From Octopus vulgaris (Eukaryota): a stretch of 64,000 nt of DNA. The translations under genes and the position numbers were made by a program. The stretch covers positions 36,270,001 through 36,334,000 of the forward strand of contig OX597825.1 in assembly GCA_951406725.2 (NCBI GenBank), written 5' to 3'. Under the pieces are notes generated by a model. It was given only the letters and a program-made list of their open reading frames with translations. It was not told the origin of the DNA and did not search any database. Of the stretch, positions 1 through 12,700 are shown piece after piece. Each line of letters begins with the position of its first letter. Position 1 is the first letter of the stretch.

Positions 1-557
1 TTCTGTCTATTCACTTTCACTCACAAAACTTATTCAACATACCATTCATTGGAATTGAACTTAGCACCTTGTAATTGCAAAGTGGATGTCTATAATTATT
101 CATTCATGCTTCTTGTGAGAGAAATGAGTAATTTAGGATGACACAGAAAATTCTACCGACGTTTTGTTATTGCCATTGTATAGCCCCAGTTTAGCCTTTA
201 TTTAAGATGGTAGATTGGACTGCTATTTCTAGCATGTAGAAATACTACATAGAGGCTTGTGTCAAATGGTTATTTAGTAAGGTGAATGTACTTAAAGTAG
301 GGAGATTGAACTACCATTTCTAGCAAATAAATTTTCTACATAGAAGCTTGTAACACAGTTATTGAGTCAGGTGAATGTGGTAAACGTTTAAAGTGTAATG
401 GACGTCTGTTAGCAATAGACAAGGGAGAGAATCTCAGAAGGTGTCAACTTGATTTTATGCCTGTCATCCACTGTTAAATTTGTCAACATTATCTCATCAT
501 TTTGTGGTTTATATCTGAATGTGTTCTCATTCATTACACTTGTCACAAGATATTGGA

Positions 558-1018
558 GCATACCTACACAAGTAGGCACCCACCTTGATTTTGTTTCCTC
601 ATAACTTTCAAAGTAATGGAATATTTTTTTGCAATGAAATTTTCTACAAATATCTTTTATCTACAGTATATTACAATAATATTGGGATTTGATGTAAAAA
701 CAAAACAAAATGTTGTGCACACCTAAACATACAAACTAACATATCAAATGAATATATATATCTATATATATCAACAAAATGTTACTTGAAATTTTGAAAA
801 AATTGTATGTTGTGTGTCATTATGTATGTGTGTGTGTCTACCAGTTATTATTATTATTATTATTATTATTATTTTTGCCCTTTAAATTCTGATATAATCA
901 TCATTTATGCCATCTGAAATGTATCTGTAGAAAATTTCATTAAAAAATACCCATTTTTCTGTGAGTTATTAAGAAACAAAGTTGGTGTGTGGCAGGTGGA
1001 ACATTTGTGTAGGTATGC
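558..1018. mobile_element. MITE with about 100-bp imperfect terminal inverted repeats
   Basis: gcatacctacacaa...ttgtttc..ataact...aatgaaattttctaca at about 568-650 is the reverse complement of about 925-1018. Confidence 0.7.
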
Positions 1019-1770
1019 AAAAATCTATTATCTACAATATTCCACTGGTTACAGCATCTGGAGATTATGCTTTACAACACCTTAACTGTGGAACAAAATC
1101 AAAGACATAATCCAAATTTTCTACATGAAACAGTTTCAAGTGATTGGCTTTAAGCAACTTTTAAGTATAGAACAAAATTGCAGGTATACTCCAAATTTTT
1201 AACATAAAACAATCTTGTAAATGTGTAAATATATGCATCAAAATAGAAATAAGCAATAAGCAGATCTTGTTAGATTTCTTCCAACTTCTTGAAGTTTTTC
1301 AAATTTATTGTTTTGATGTAGTTTTGCATTTAATGATGAAAATCACATTCATTAAACTACTTCAAAGCTAAACATTTTAAAAAATAATCTGAAAATTTGA
1401 AAAACTTCAAGTGGTTGGAAGAAATTCAGCAAAAAGACAAAATGACAAAATATGGAATTTTCATGGGTTCCACAAGTTTCCAGTAATTTTTCATGGATGT
1501 TTGGTTTCATTTGTTAGTAGTGGGTATATAATTAGTGTTTAGGTGAAGTCAATAGTATATAATTAGTGAGTATTCTATTTAGTAAATAGCTTTTCATTAG
1601 TAAGTTGTACTTCATTATTTACATAATTAGTAATCAATGGTGTATAGTGAGTAGGTGTTTCATTAGTAAATAATGGTGTGTAATTGTTTCATTAGTAAGC
1701 AATGGTTTATAATTAAGAAATAATTAGTAATCAGTGGATTATAAGTGAGCATTTAATTACTTATTAAATG

Positions 1771-1854
1771 GCTGAATTGAAGCCATTTATATAGGAATAG
1801 CTGAATTGAAGCCATTTTAATAGGAACAGCTGAATTAAAGCCATTTTAATACGG
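1771..1854. repeat. 29-bp tandem repeat, about 3 copies
   Basis: gctgaattgaagccatttatataggaata repeated three times with a few substitutions. Confidence 0.85.
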
Positions 1855-3573
1855 TTGCTATCATTCTTCTAGTTTTCTCCTTTTAGGAGCACTTCAAATC
1901 ATCAAGTTCATCAGGAATCAAAGTTGAATCTTTTCTCAATGCCACTAGCGGTGTCATCTGATGACAACACTGTGGTACTGAGCATACTCACTGAACTGAT
2001 GACCTGTGAGCCAGCCAAAGCTATCTCAGGACTATCCAGTAACAGCAATAACTATGAGCCTAAAATGAATGTGCTTTATTTAGAAATGTGTTGTCTTTTG
2101 TGTTAGATTGTAATCATAAAAAGAGCTTGAGAAGAAATGATAGGGAGAGAAGAAAACCAACAGCCTTTATATAGTCACATCACTCTTTGTTCTGAGTTTA
2201 AATCCCACTAGAGTTGACTTAATCTCTTTCATACTTTTTGCTTGTTAAACTAAGCTCCTCTAATACACTATGAAAAATGGTAAATTTGAGGAGTCCTTAG
2301 TGTCAGATAGAATGCCTTGTATTTTGTCAGCTCTCTGTACTATTAGTTCAAATCATGCTGAGATCCTTCCAGTGTTTTCCTCTTTCTTTCTGGATCAGCT
2401 ACAGTGAACTCTATAAGTTGGAATAATGGACGACCACTTGCAGTATTCCTTTTACCAGAAATAAAGGAGTGAGTGAGTGAAGGGCTAGCAACGTTTCCAA
2501 GACTGATGGAATAGTTATAAAGAAGAAGCACAGAAGAGAAAGAGATAGCAGATTGGTAGACATCAAGTGTCTATTTATAGGTAGGTACAAGCATGGCTGT
2601 GTGGTTAAGAAGCTTGCTTCAGAACCACATGGTTTCAGGTTCAGTCCCACTGTATGGCACCTTGAGACTGTGTCTTTAACTATAGACCTTGACCAACCAA
2701 TGATTTTGAATGAATTTGGTTGATGGAAACCATGTGATACCTTGTTAAACATATATATACATATAAAGTGTTAGGAAGGGCATCTAGATGTAGAAACCAT
2801 GCCAAATCAGACTGGAGTCTGGTGCAGCCCTTCAGCTTAACAACCCTGGTCAAACTGTCCAACTCATGCCAGAATGGACAATGGACGTTAAAAGATAATG
2901 ATGATATAAATATATATATATGTAACAACACTGACTTGATCTATTAGAAATACTAACCAAATTTCCATCTTAACCCTTTAGCATTCCGATTATTTTGTCA
3001 AATGTAATGCTATTTATTTGCTTTGTTTTGAATTAATCATGCATTTTCTCATAGCTTTGGAATTTTGATGATTTGGTTGTTTATTCTTAGAATAACATTG
3101 TAGGATGGGTGGAGGAGGCCAGATTTGGATGGTTTGAACATAAAACAGGTAAAATATTTGGGCAGGATATGGCCAGTTTCAATACTAAAGGATTAAAACA
3201 GAAGAACACATTGGTAGTTTTAGTTCCAGACAGCTATGCACACAGTGTCTGAAAGAAAATAGATGGGGTGGTCATAGCTGGAATAGCACTTAATCATAGT
3301 TATGCTGTTTGGTCAGGATTGACTTGGAACTGCTCAACACTAGCATCAACAACAAAAATAACAATTATCTTAACAAGCTGTTTTTAGAGTATTTTAGAAG
3401 TTTATCTTATTAAGGTTTGTGAGTTCAAATACTGCACGGTTTAACTTTTCATCCATTTAGGGTCTACAAAAGTTCCCAAGTAGTAGTAATAATTCCAGGG
3501 TCAATTCAGAAGTATACATATATGTGAATGCTGATGTGCATGTGTGTATGGATGTTTTTATATGTATGTGTGA

Positions 3574-3610
<37 letters not shown>

Positions 3611-3624
3611 ATTTGAATCACTGC

Positions 3625-4935
3625 CAGAACTAGAAAAGTTTCAGGTATGGAAGCAAGTTCTAGAATCAAAGGGCCTTCAAGTTATCCTAGCAAAAACCAG
3701 AGTCTTAGTAAGTAGGAAGGCAGACAAATCACAAGATGTTCCTTTTCAATCTGTAGAAAAGGTGTAGGTAGAAACTCCATAAGATGTACCCAATGTAAGC
3801 TGTGGACATGTATGAGATGCAGCAATATCAGAGGAAGGTTAACAAGGAAAATAGTTTTCGTGTGTGGAAGATGTACAGGTACAATAAACACAGAACATGT
3901 ACAGAAAATAGACTCCTTGAAATGCGAGGGGTGTAAGCTAGAGGTAGTAGATGGATCCTGTTATCTGGGTGACCAAGTTAGTAGTAGAGGTGGATGCTCT
4001 GAGAGTGTAGCTGTGGGAATAAGGATAGGCTGGGCAAAGTTCAGAGAGCTCCTACCTTTTCTGGCAACAAAGGGCCTCTCCCTTAGAATGAAAGGCAGAT
4101 TGTATGATGCCTGTGTGCAAACAGCTCTGCTACGTGGCAGTGGAACATGGGCTGAGACAGCTGAGGACATGCATAAGCTTGAAAGAAATGAAACCAGTAT
4201 GCTTCACTGGATGTGCAATGTCAGTGTGCATGTTTGAGAGAAAAGTTGGAATAAAAGGCATCAGATGTGGTGTGCAAGAGAGACGACTGTGCTGGTGTGG
4301 TCATGTGATGTGCATGGACAAGGACAGCTGTGTAAAGAAGTGCTGATCTTTAACTGTGAAGGGAACCTGTGGTAGAGGTAGACCCAGGAAGACATGGGAC
4401 GAGGGAGTGAAGCATGATCTTCAAAATTTGGGCCTCTCAGAGGCAATGACTAGTGACTGAGATCTTTGGCAATATGCTGTGCTTGAGAAGACCCGGCAAG
4501 CCAAGTGAAATCATGGTCGTGTCCAATACTAGTGGCATGTAACTGGCACATAAAATGCACTTTTTGAGTGTTGGGCCTCATGGTGGCAAGATGGCTGATG
4601 CTGGTGGCATGTGTAAAGCACCTTTCAAGTGTTGGACCTCATGGAGGCAATGACTGAGACCTTTGACATTATACTGTGCTTGAGAAGATGACCCATCAAG
4701 TCAAGTAAAATCATAGTTGTGGCATGATACTGGTGTCATGCAAATTACACCTGTGTTAGTAGCACACAAAAGCACCCATTACATTCTCAGAGTGGTTGGC
4801 ATTAGGAAGGGCATCCAGCCATAGAAAGCATGCCAAATCAAACTGGAGTCTGTTGCAGCCTTCCAGCTTGCCATCCCTGGTCAAACCATCCAACCCATGC
4901 CAGCATGGACAACAGACATTAAATGATGAGGATGA
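3625..4935 (+). mobile_element. Degenerate RTE-clade LINE 3' fragment (RT C-terminus with Cys-rich PHD-like insert, 3'UTR, (TGA)n-like tail)
   Basis: WKQVLESKGLQVILAKTRVLV, LEVVDGSCYLG, RIGWAKFRELLPFL, KGRLYDACV, RRLCWCGHV, GRGRPRKTW. Frameshifts and stops are present. Confidence 0.88.
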
Positions 4936-5574
4936 TTTTATATATAATTATTTATTGTCCCTTTTTACATGCTTCCAAGGGTCAGATGAAATTTGTTGCA
5001 GTAGATTTTATATGATTGCTTGCTCTCTCTGTTGTCAATCCTTTTTGGTCTTCAGACAATATAATATTTCCCCATTGCTGGACATGTTTCCTCAGATTAG
5101 AAATGATGAACACTATTGGGATGATTTTGATACTCATTTACAACTATTGTGTGATGGCAAAGCAATGAGAGAGAAAGAGAAATACACACACACACATGTG
5201 TTGGTCTTATTTTAGTTTCTGTTTATCTAATCCTGGATTATTGTAGAAAACACTTCTGTAAAGTGTCATGCTGTGAAACGGAGCCCAGAACCACATCGTT
5301 GGTGTTTGGGAAGTGAACATTGCAACCACACAACCATGCCTGTACCTCTGCAATGCCAAGATATATATATATTGTGTGTATGTGTGTGTAAATTGACCAT
5401 GACAATCAAAAGTAACTTGAAATACAGAGTGTAATGCATCTGAAATAAAAACTCAGTCAAGACTAGAAATCTGAAAGGTAACAAATTAGTTTAAATCTAA
5501 CATTTTAAACATAAATTTAATGTAAATCACTCTTATATATATATATACATACATACACGTTTATATTTCAGGTT

Positions 5575-5643
5575 ATGTCTGGTTCTGTAAGGCCTTGGCC
5601 TGTCGTTGCATTTGAAGGAGAGTTAAATGCTATTGTGAAAGAG
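5575..5643 (+). CDS. ARMC9: ARMC9 coding exon 1 ([23 protein letters not shown])
   Basis: Acceptor tttcag ends at 5571, ATG at 5575, donor GAG|gtaagt. An acceptor just before the ATG implies an upstream 5'UTR exon. Confidence 0.88.
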
Positions 5644-7728
5644 GTAAGTGCTATCATGTTTTTCCTTCTGCACATACACACAGGCATGTAGAAAGGCCAT
5701 TCAGCTGTAGAAACTACGCCAAACTTGACACTGGAGCCTGATGCAGCCCTGTGTCTCACTAGATCCTGTCAAACCATCCAACCCATGCCAGAATAGAAAC
5801 AGATGTTAAATGATTATGATGTGTGTGTGTGTGTGTGTTTTTGTGGTGGGTACTGTGAACTGACTCATTGTGCTTATACCTGTCTGTCTTCAGCGAGAAA
5901 TTTTCTCCATGTCAAAATACAGTAAATGTCTTTGTTATGGGTTTGAATATGCCTGAAGCATATTTGAACTGGTAGTAAGTTTGTAGTTATACACATTACT
6001 GCATAACACTGTTACTCTTTATTTTATTTACAACATGGTGCTGAATACCACAACCAGTCATTGTATAATGACAGGAATATAATAAAAAAGACCTGTCTCT
6101 CTTGTTAGTTTGCTATATCTGCCTCTTTGGTTTCCGGTACTGAAGAGGAATGAATGCATCAACCTGTCTGGTTAGGGAACACTGCATGCTGATTCAGTGT
6201 GTTTACATCAATCTGTCTGCAGTGAAAAATGTTCTCCATGACAAAATACAGTGAAAGGCTTTCTTATCGGTTTGAATATGTTTCAAGCACGTTTGAACAA
6301 GTAACACTTGCTTTAAAGTAGACACCAAATCCAGTCTGTAGATCAGACTGGGATTTATACAGATATCTATTCTGTTAATAACTTGCAGGAGCTTAGCTAT
6401 ATAGTGCTTTGCTTCTGCTCTACTTGATGGGGCTGGGATCATCCCAGGTTAGTGGTTCCAGAGATCATGTGTCGAACTGATCAAATTCACCAGTGCTCTC
6501 CATTACACGTGGTCCCATGCCAGCCCCTCTGCATCCATCAAAGTGATGTTGAGCCCTGGTGATTCATATTCTTCTGTGCTTGGTAATATTTGCGATGCAT
6601 CCATCCTTTCCTGGCTTTTCCTTCCCGTCTTATTTATTTCCGCTTTTGTTCTTCGTAGAATTGTTACCGAAAAAGTGACAAGATCCTTCTGTTTGAATCA
6701 AAATATTTCATGGCATTTGTGACTACACAAATGAGTTAGTCTGTGCATATACCTCTTTTATCTTCTACTTGCTTTAATCATTGGACTGTGGTCATACTGG
6801 GGCATCACCTCAAGGTTTAGTTGAACAAATTGACCCCCCCCCCCAGTACATATTTTTTAAAGTCTGGTTCTTAATTCTTTCTGTTTCTTTTACCAAACTG
6901 CTAAGCTATGGGGATATAAGCAAACCAACATCAGCTGTCAAGTGGTGGTGGGACATACATAAAATGCATGCATGCACATACATACAATGCATGCACATAC
7001 ATACATACATACATACATACATACATACATACATACATACATACATACATACATACAAATGGCGGTGCCCCAGCATGGCCACAGCTCATAAGCTGAAACT
7101 AGAATCAATCAATCAATCAATCAATACATACATACACACACATACATACATACATACATACATACATACATACATACATACATACATACATACATACATA
7201 CATACATAAGTTTGTATGTATATATGTATGCAACAAGCCACCATACAATTTCTGTTTAACTAAATTCACTCACAAGACATTGGTTGTCCTAGGGCTATAG
7301 CAGAAGACACTTGCCCAAGGTACAGCACAGTTGGTCAGAACCCAAAACCATATGGTTGCAAAGTGAGTTTCTTAACCATACAGACATGCTTCACCCTTGC
7401 CAGGTGCATGTGTGGATATACTTGCACTCATGGAATGAGTATGCCTGCCTCTTTATCAGACAAATGCATGTTTCATTAGTCTTCATGTACGTACATATGA
7501 GTGTATCTTTTGATCTTCTGTTTTTTTACTTGTTTCATTCATTAGACTGTTGTCATGTTGGGGCACTGCCTTCAAGAATTTTTAGTTGAATGAATTGACC
7601 CCAGTTTTTACTTTGATTAAGCCTGGTACTCTTTTGCAAAACCACTAAGCTACAGGAGTGTAAACATGGTAGTACAGGGTGGGGGTGGGGGACAGACACA
7701 AAGGTGCACGTACACACACAACACACAC

Positions 7729-7777
<49 letters not shown>

Positions 7778-9683
7778 CATACACATGATGGCCTTCTTTC
7801 ATTTTCTGTCAACTGAATCCACCCACAAAGCTTTGGTTGGCCTGAGGCTATAGAAGAAGACACTTGCCCAAAGTACCATGCAGTGGAACTGAACTCAGAA
7901 TCAGGTGGTTGGGAAGCAAGCTTTTCACTACACAGCTGCACCTATACATTCATTTTCAGAATCACAGATGGAGAATTTTTTACAACTCATCACTATGTCA
8001 CTGATTGATTTAGAGGATGTGAGTCAGTTCACTACTCTTTCTTGATGTATGTATGAAACCCATGACATTTCTTCTCTCAACACTTCATGATATTATCTGT
8101 TATTCTATTATTGTAGTACCTCGAGTTTGGCGGTTATGAACAGGCTCAACAGACGTTTGTTGAAGAATGCCAGCAAAAGTCTAAACCAATTTGTGATATT
8201 TCGGCTGAATTAGTTTTAGATGACCAGAAGAAAGCAATTCAAGTAATTATTTTATCCTTTATTAATTTGCTCCTCTAAATATTGTTTATCCCCACCACCT
8301 TTTGTACAGATTTTTTATTTCCTTATTGCCCACAGAGGGCTAAACATAGAGGGGACAAACAAAGACAGGCAAAGGGTTTAAGTCGATTACATCGACCCCC
8401 AGTGCGTAACTGGTACTTATTTAATCGACTTTGAAAGGAGATGAAAGACAAAATCGACCTCAGTGGAATTTGAACTCAGAACGTAACAGCAGACAAAATA
8501 CCAGTAAGCATTTTGCCCAGCCTGCTAACGATTCTGCCAGCTCACTGTTTTACTTATTTCAGTCATTAGACTGTAGTCATGCTGGAGCACTGCCTTGAAG
8601 GATTTTAGTCCAACAAAACTGCACCCCCACCCCCACCATACTTACTTTTCAGTCTTGTTTTTATTTTTTATATTGTTGTTGTGGTTGTGTAGCTCCAGAC
8701 CAGTTCTGTTGAGAACCTCCGTGTTGTAACCACTCCATCTTTTATTCAAACTTAATATATCCATGATTCATTATCTAATGTGTACTTCCTTTTTAAAGAC
8801 AGATGACAAATTGATTGAAGCATCAGAGTACTGGATGAAATACTTTATGGTATTTATTCTGGTCTTCTTGTGTTCATCATCATTTAATGTCTGTTGTCCA
8901 TGCTGGCATGGGTCAGACAGTGTGACCAGAGCTGGCAAGCCAGCAGGGTACACCAGACTCCAGTCTGATTCGGCATGGTTTCTATGGCTGGATGCCCTTC
9001 CTATTGCTAACCACTTTACAGAGTGTGCTGGGTGCTTTTATGTGACACTGCACAAGTGCTTCTAGATGGCACCACATGGATGCTTTTACAGCATTTTTAC
9101 ATGGCCCTGCACAGGCGCTTTTACTTGGCACCACATGGCCGCTTTTAAGCGGCATCGCCATGAGTGCTTTACACCACCAGAAGCATTGGTTCTAACACTT
9201 CTACTGTGGAGTATGGACCTTCTTGAGTACGGCAAGGTGTCAGGTGTTCTGAGTTCAAAATCCCACAGTTGTCAACTTTTGCTTTTATCTTTCTGAAAAA
9301 GTGGGGATCAGTAAAGTAAGTCCAGAGCAGGAATGAGGAACCTTTTTCAAGAATCAGGCTGCATGAGACATGGTTTATCATCAGGTGGGCTTCACTACTC
9401 AAAAGATTCAAGGTAATTTTTTTTATTAAGCATGCCATTCAGTCAGTCCCATGGGCCACTGTTTGCCCATAACTGATCTAAACAATGGACTAGTGGAATT
9501 ATTAGCATGTGATATATGATACTTTGTAGTATTTATTTCCAATCCATTGTGTTCTGGGTTCAAACCCTGCTGTGGACTGTCACACACTATGGAAGACAAA
9601 ATACTGTTAAGCATTTCACCCGACATGCTAACAATTCTGCCAGTTTGGTGCCTTCTTAATAATGATAATAATAATAATAATAA

Positions 9684-9730
<47 letters not shown>

Positions 9731-12700
9731 TTCAGGTTATCTTACATTTGATGATGTTAGACAATAAGTATATATAGATATTACTCAAGTTGATTTCCTA
9801 CCTGAACTCCAGCTTTAACTGCCTAAATGAAGAACAGCTGTTTCAATTGAGCTGGTACATGTATTTTGAACTCAGAACACCTGACACCTTGCCGTACTCA
9901 AGAAGGTCCATACTCCACAGTAGAAGTGTTAGAACCAACGGGTGCTATCCGCCTTGGACGACCTGGCCCAAAACCTAGGCTCATCAAGTTGTCTTTTACG
10001 GACCCCACTGAGGCAACCTCTTACCATCTGGCCTCAGTTAAAGCTGGGCGGGAAAATCGGACCACCTTCCGAACACGCCCAGGCTTACCGTCCGATGTAC
10101 GCCCAAAGCTACGTGTAGTGGCTTCCCTGAATAGGAACTCAGCTCTACAGGAAAGCTTCAGTCTTCGGGAAGATGGACAAATCTGGAGATTTGTCAAGAC
10201 TGCTGAAACGTGGAAGAGAGATACCAGCTGGTCTGAGTGCTCTCTACCCACAATAACTAAAAAAACTACAGCAACTCAGGGAAACTAAGCCAGAACAACC
10301 TGCCATCCTCTACACACCATCATAAACTGCGAGCAGGGTACAAATTGTTGTCCTTAAATGCTCGCAGTTTATGCAACAAAATACATTTGTTCAACGCCTA
10401 CGTCAGAAGTGTTGACCCTGACTTCATCACTGTCACGGAAACATGGGCGCATTCCTTACTCTGTGATGGGGTTTTCAACATTACGGGGTACAACCTCTTC
10501 CGTAAGGACCGCACTAACCGCCGTGGTGGTGGTGTGATGGTCTACGTTCGTTCAAATTTTTTGGTAATTCCTTGTGCCGATTTGAACGAATCACAAGAAG
10601 AAGTTTTTTTCTGTGACGTGCGTATGACCATGTCAACACTCCTGCTTGGCGTTGTTTATCGTCCCCCAAGTTACCATCGGGACACACAGCTTTGCAATGT
10701 CCTCCGAGCTGCTGCCAGGAAAACAGCCACTTATGTGTTTATTGCAGGCGATTTCAATCATCCTGAGATCGATTGGGAGACCTTCCATTGGCCACAGAGT
10801 GCAAACGATTTTGTTGAGCTTGTGCTGGACTCAAACTGGTCACAAGTAGTCACCTCTCCAACAAGAGGCGACAACACCTTGGACCTGCTCTTCACCACAA
10901 CTCCTGAAGCGGTTATCAATTGCACTACGGAGGAACCTCTAGGTGACTCTGATCATGCTATGATCATCGCCAATCTGGCTCTTGCGGGCAACAAAAACCT
11001 GAACCATCTCCAATCTGCTTCCTTCGATTGGAAGAGAGCAGATTGGAACCTGTACCACACTGAACTACAGCACCCAAACTGGCGTGAATTCTATAACTCT
11101 GGAGATGTGAATACTATACTCCAGAGTATCCTGGACTCAATATGGGCAGCATGTGCAGCATCAGTGCCACGTAAACAAAAAAAGAAGAACCGCCCCAAAA
11201 GGGCAATTTGGGAAACTTCAGCGGTCCGACTTGCCAGGAGGGAACGTCGGACTGCTGAACGGGAATACAGGTTGCATAAATCAGACACCAACAGGAAGAA
11301 GCGGAATAAATCCTCCAACCATCTCAAGCAAGTGACAAAAAAGCAGTGCTTGAATTTGAACAGTGCATAGCAGCCAATCCTGACAGCAAGGTTTTCTGGA
11401 AATATGTGCACTCAAAGCAGAGACCTCACTCTCCAGTGGGCCCTCTTCGCAACCCTCACACAAACCAGATCACTGACGACCCCAAGGAATGCGCAGAACT
11501 CATTGCCGAGTGCTATGCAAACATATTCACTGTTGAAAGTCAAAATGTACCATCTTCACCATCACTAACAGCAAACTCCATAACAACTATGGAATTTACA
11601 CCTGCAATGCTGCGACGTCACCTTCAAAATAAGCGCAACTATGCCTCCCCTGGTCTCGATGGAGTTACATACCTGCTTCTCAAACGTGGCAGGCACTTCC
11701 TTTTACACCAGCTTTCTATTTTCTTCCAGTACTGTCTCAACAATGGTGCTACTCCGGAGCAGTGGAAAACTGCCAGTGTCATTCCTCTGTTCAAAAAGGG
11801 CGACCGCACATCACCTGTCAACTATCGCCCAGTCAGTCTCACTAGCTGTATTGCAAAACTGATGGAATCGTGTGTCAGAGAAACACTCTGGAACTTCTGG
11901 AGCTCTCACAGTCTCATCCGACCCTCACAATATGGATTTGTCCCTAACTCCAGCTGTAGTGACCAGCTTGTCGAGTTCCTTGAGGACATTACTCAGATTA
12001 CTGACAGTGGCTCATGGGTGGATGTTGTCTACCTTGACTTTGCTAAGGCTTTCAACTCTGTGCCACACAAAAGGCTTATGGTGAAACTCTCTGCAATGGG
12101 TGTGGGGGATGACCTTTTTAACTGGTTGAAATCCTTCATCCTCAGCCGAAAGGAGGTAGTCACAGTTCTAGGACAGCACTCTACACCATATGAGATGTCA
12201 TCGGGTGTACCACAGGGATCTGTCCTTGGCCCCCTTCTTGTTTGTGGCATACATTAACGACATAGATGCCAATTTAAAGAATGCCACAGTATTGAAATAT
12301 GCAGACGACATCAAGCTGTACCTTGAAATCAAGAGGACAGATCCTGATGTCTACAACTCTTTCCTGCAATCAGACCTAGACACAATGCAGCAATGGATCA
12401 CAGACTGGCAACTGAAACTGGCTGTGGACAAGTGTACCACCATGCATTTTGGGAGAAAAAACCCTGCGTTCACATACTCCCTCCACAACACTGATATCAA
12501 GAAATCCTCTTGCGAGCGTGACCTAGGCATCACTGTCAGCAGTGATTTGCGTTGGTCAAAGCATATCTCTAAGATTGTCAGGAAGGCCGAGGGTGTCTTG
12601 GCATCACTCAGCAGGTCTTTTGTTAGCCGCTCTCCAGCCATCTATTTAAAACTGTATACAGCTATGGTACGACCACACTTGGAATTCGCATCATCAGTTT

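Noticed and set aside
9866-10288. 140-aa standalone gene
   Set aside because: Chimera of the 76-bp inverted host duplication and the truncated LINE ORF1, with no AUG start.
11335-11345. Programmed -1 frameshift at A AAA AAG inside ORF2
   Set aside because: EN and RT are one ORF in CR1 elements and this heptamer is mainly efficient in bacteria. A homopolymer deletion or sequencing error is the simpler explanation.
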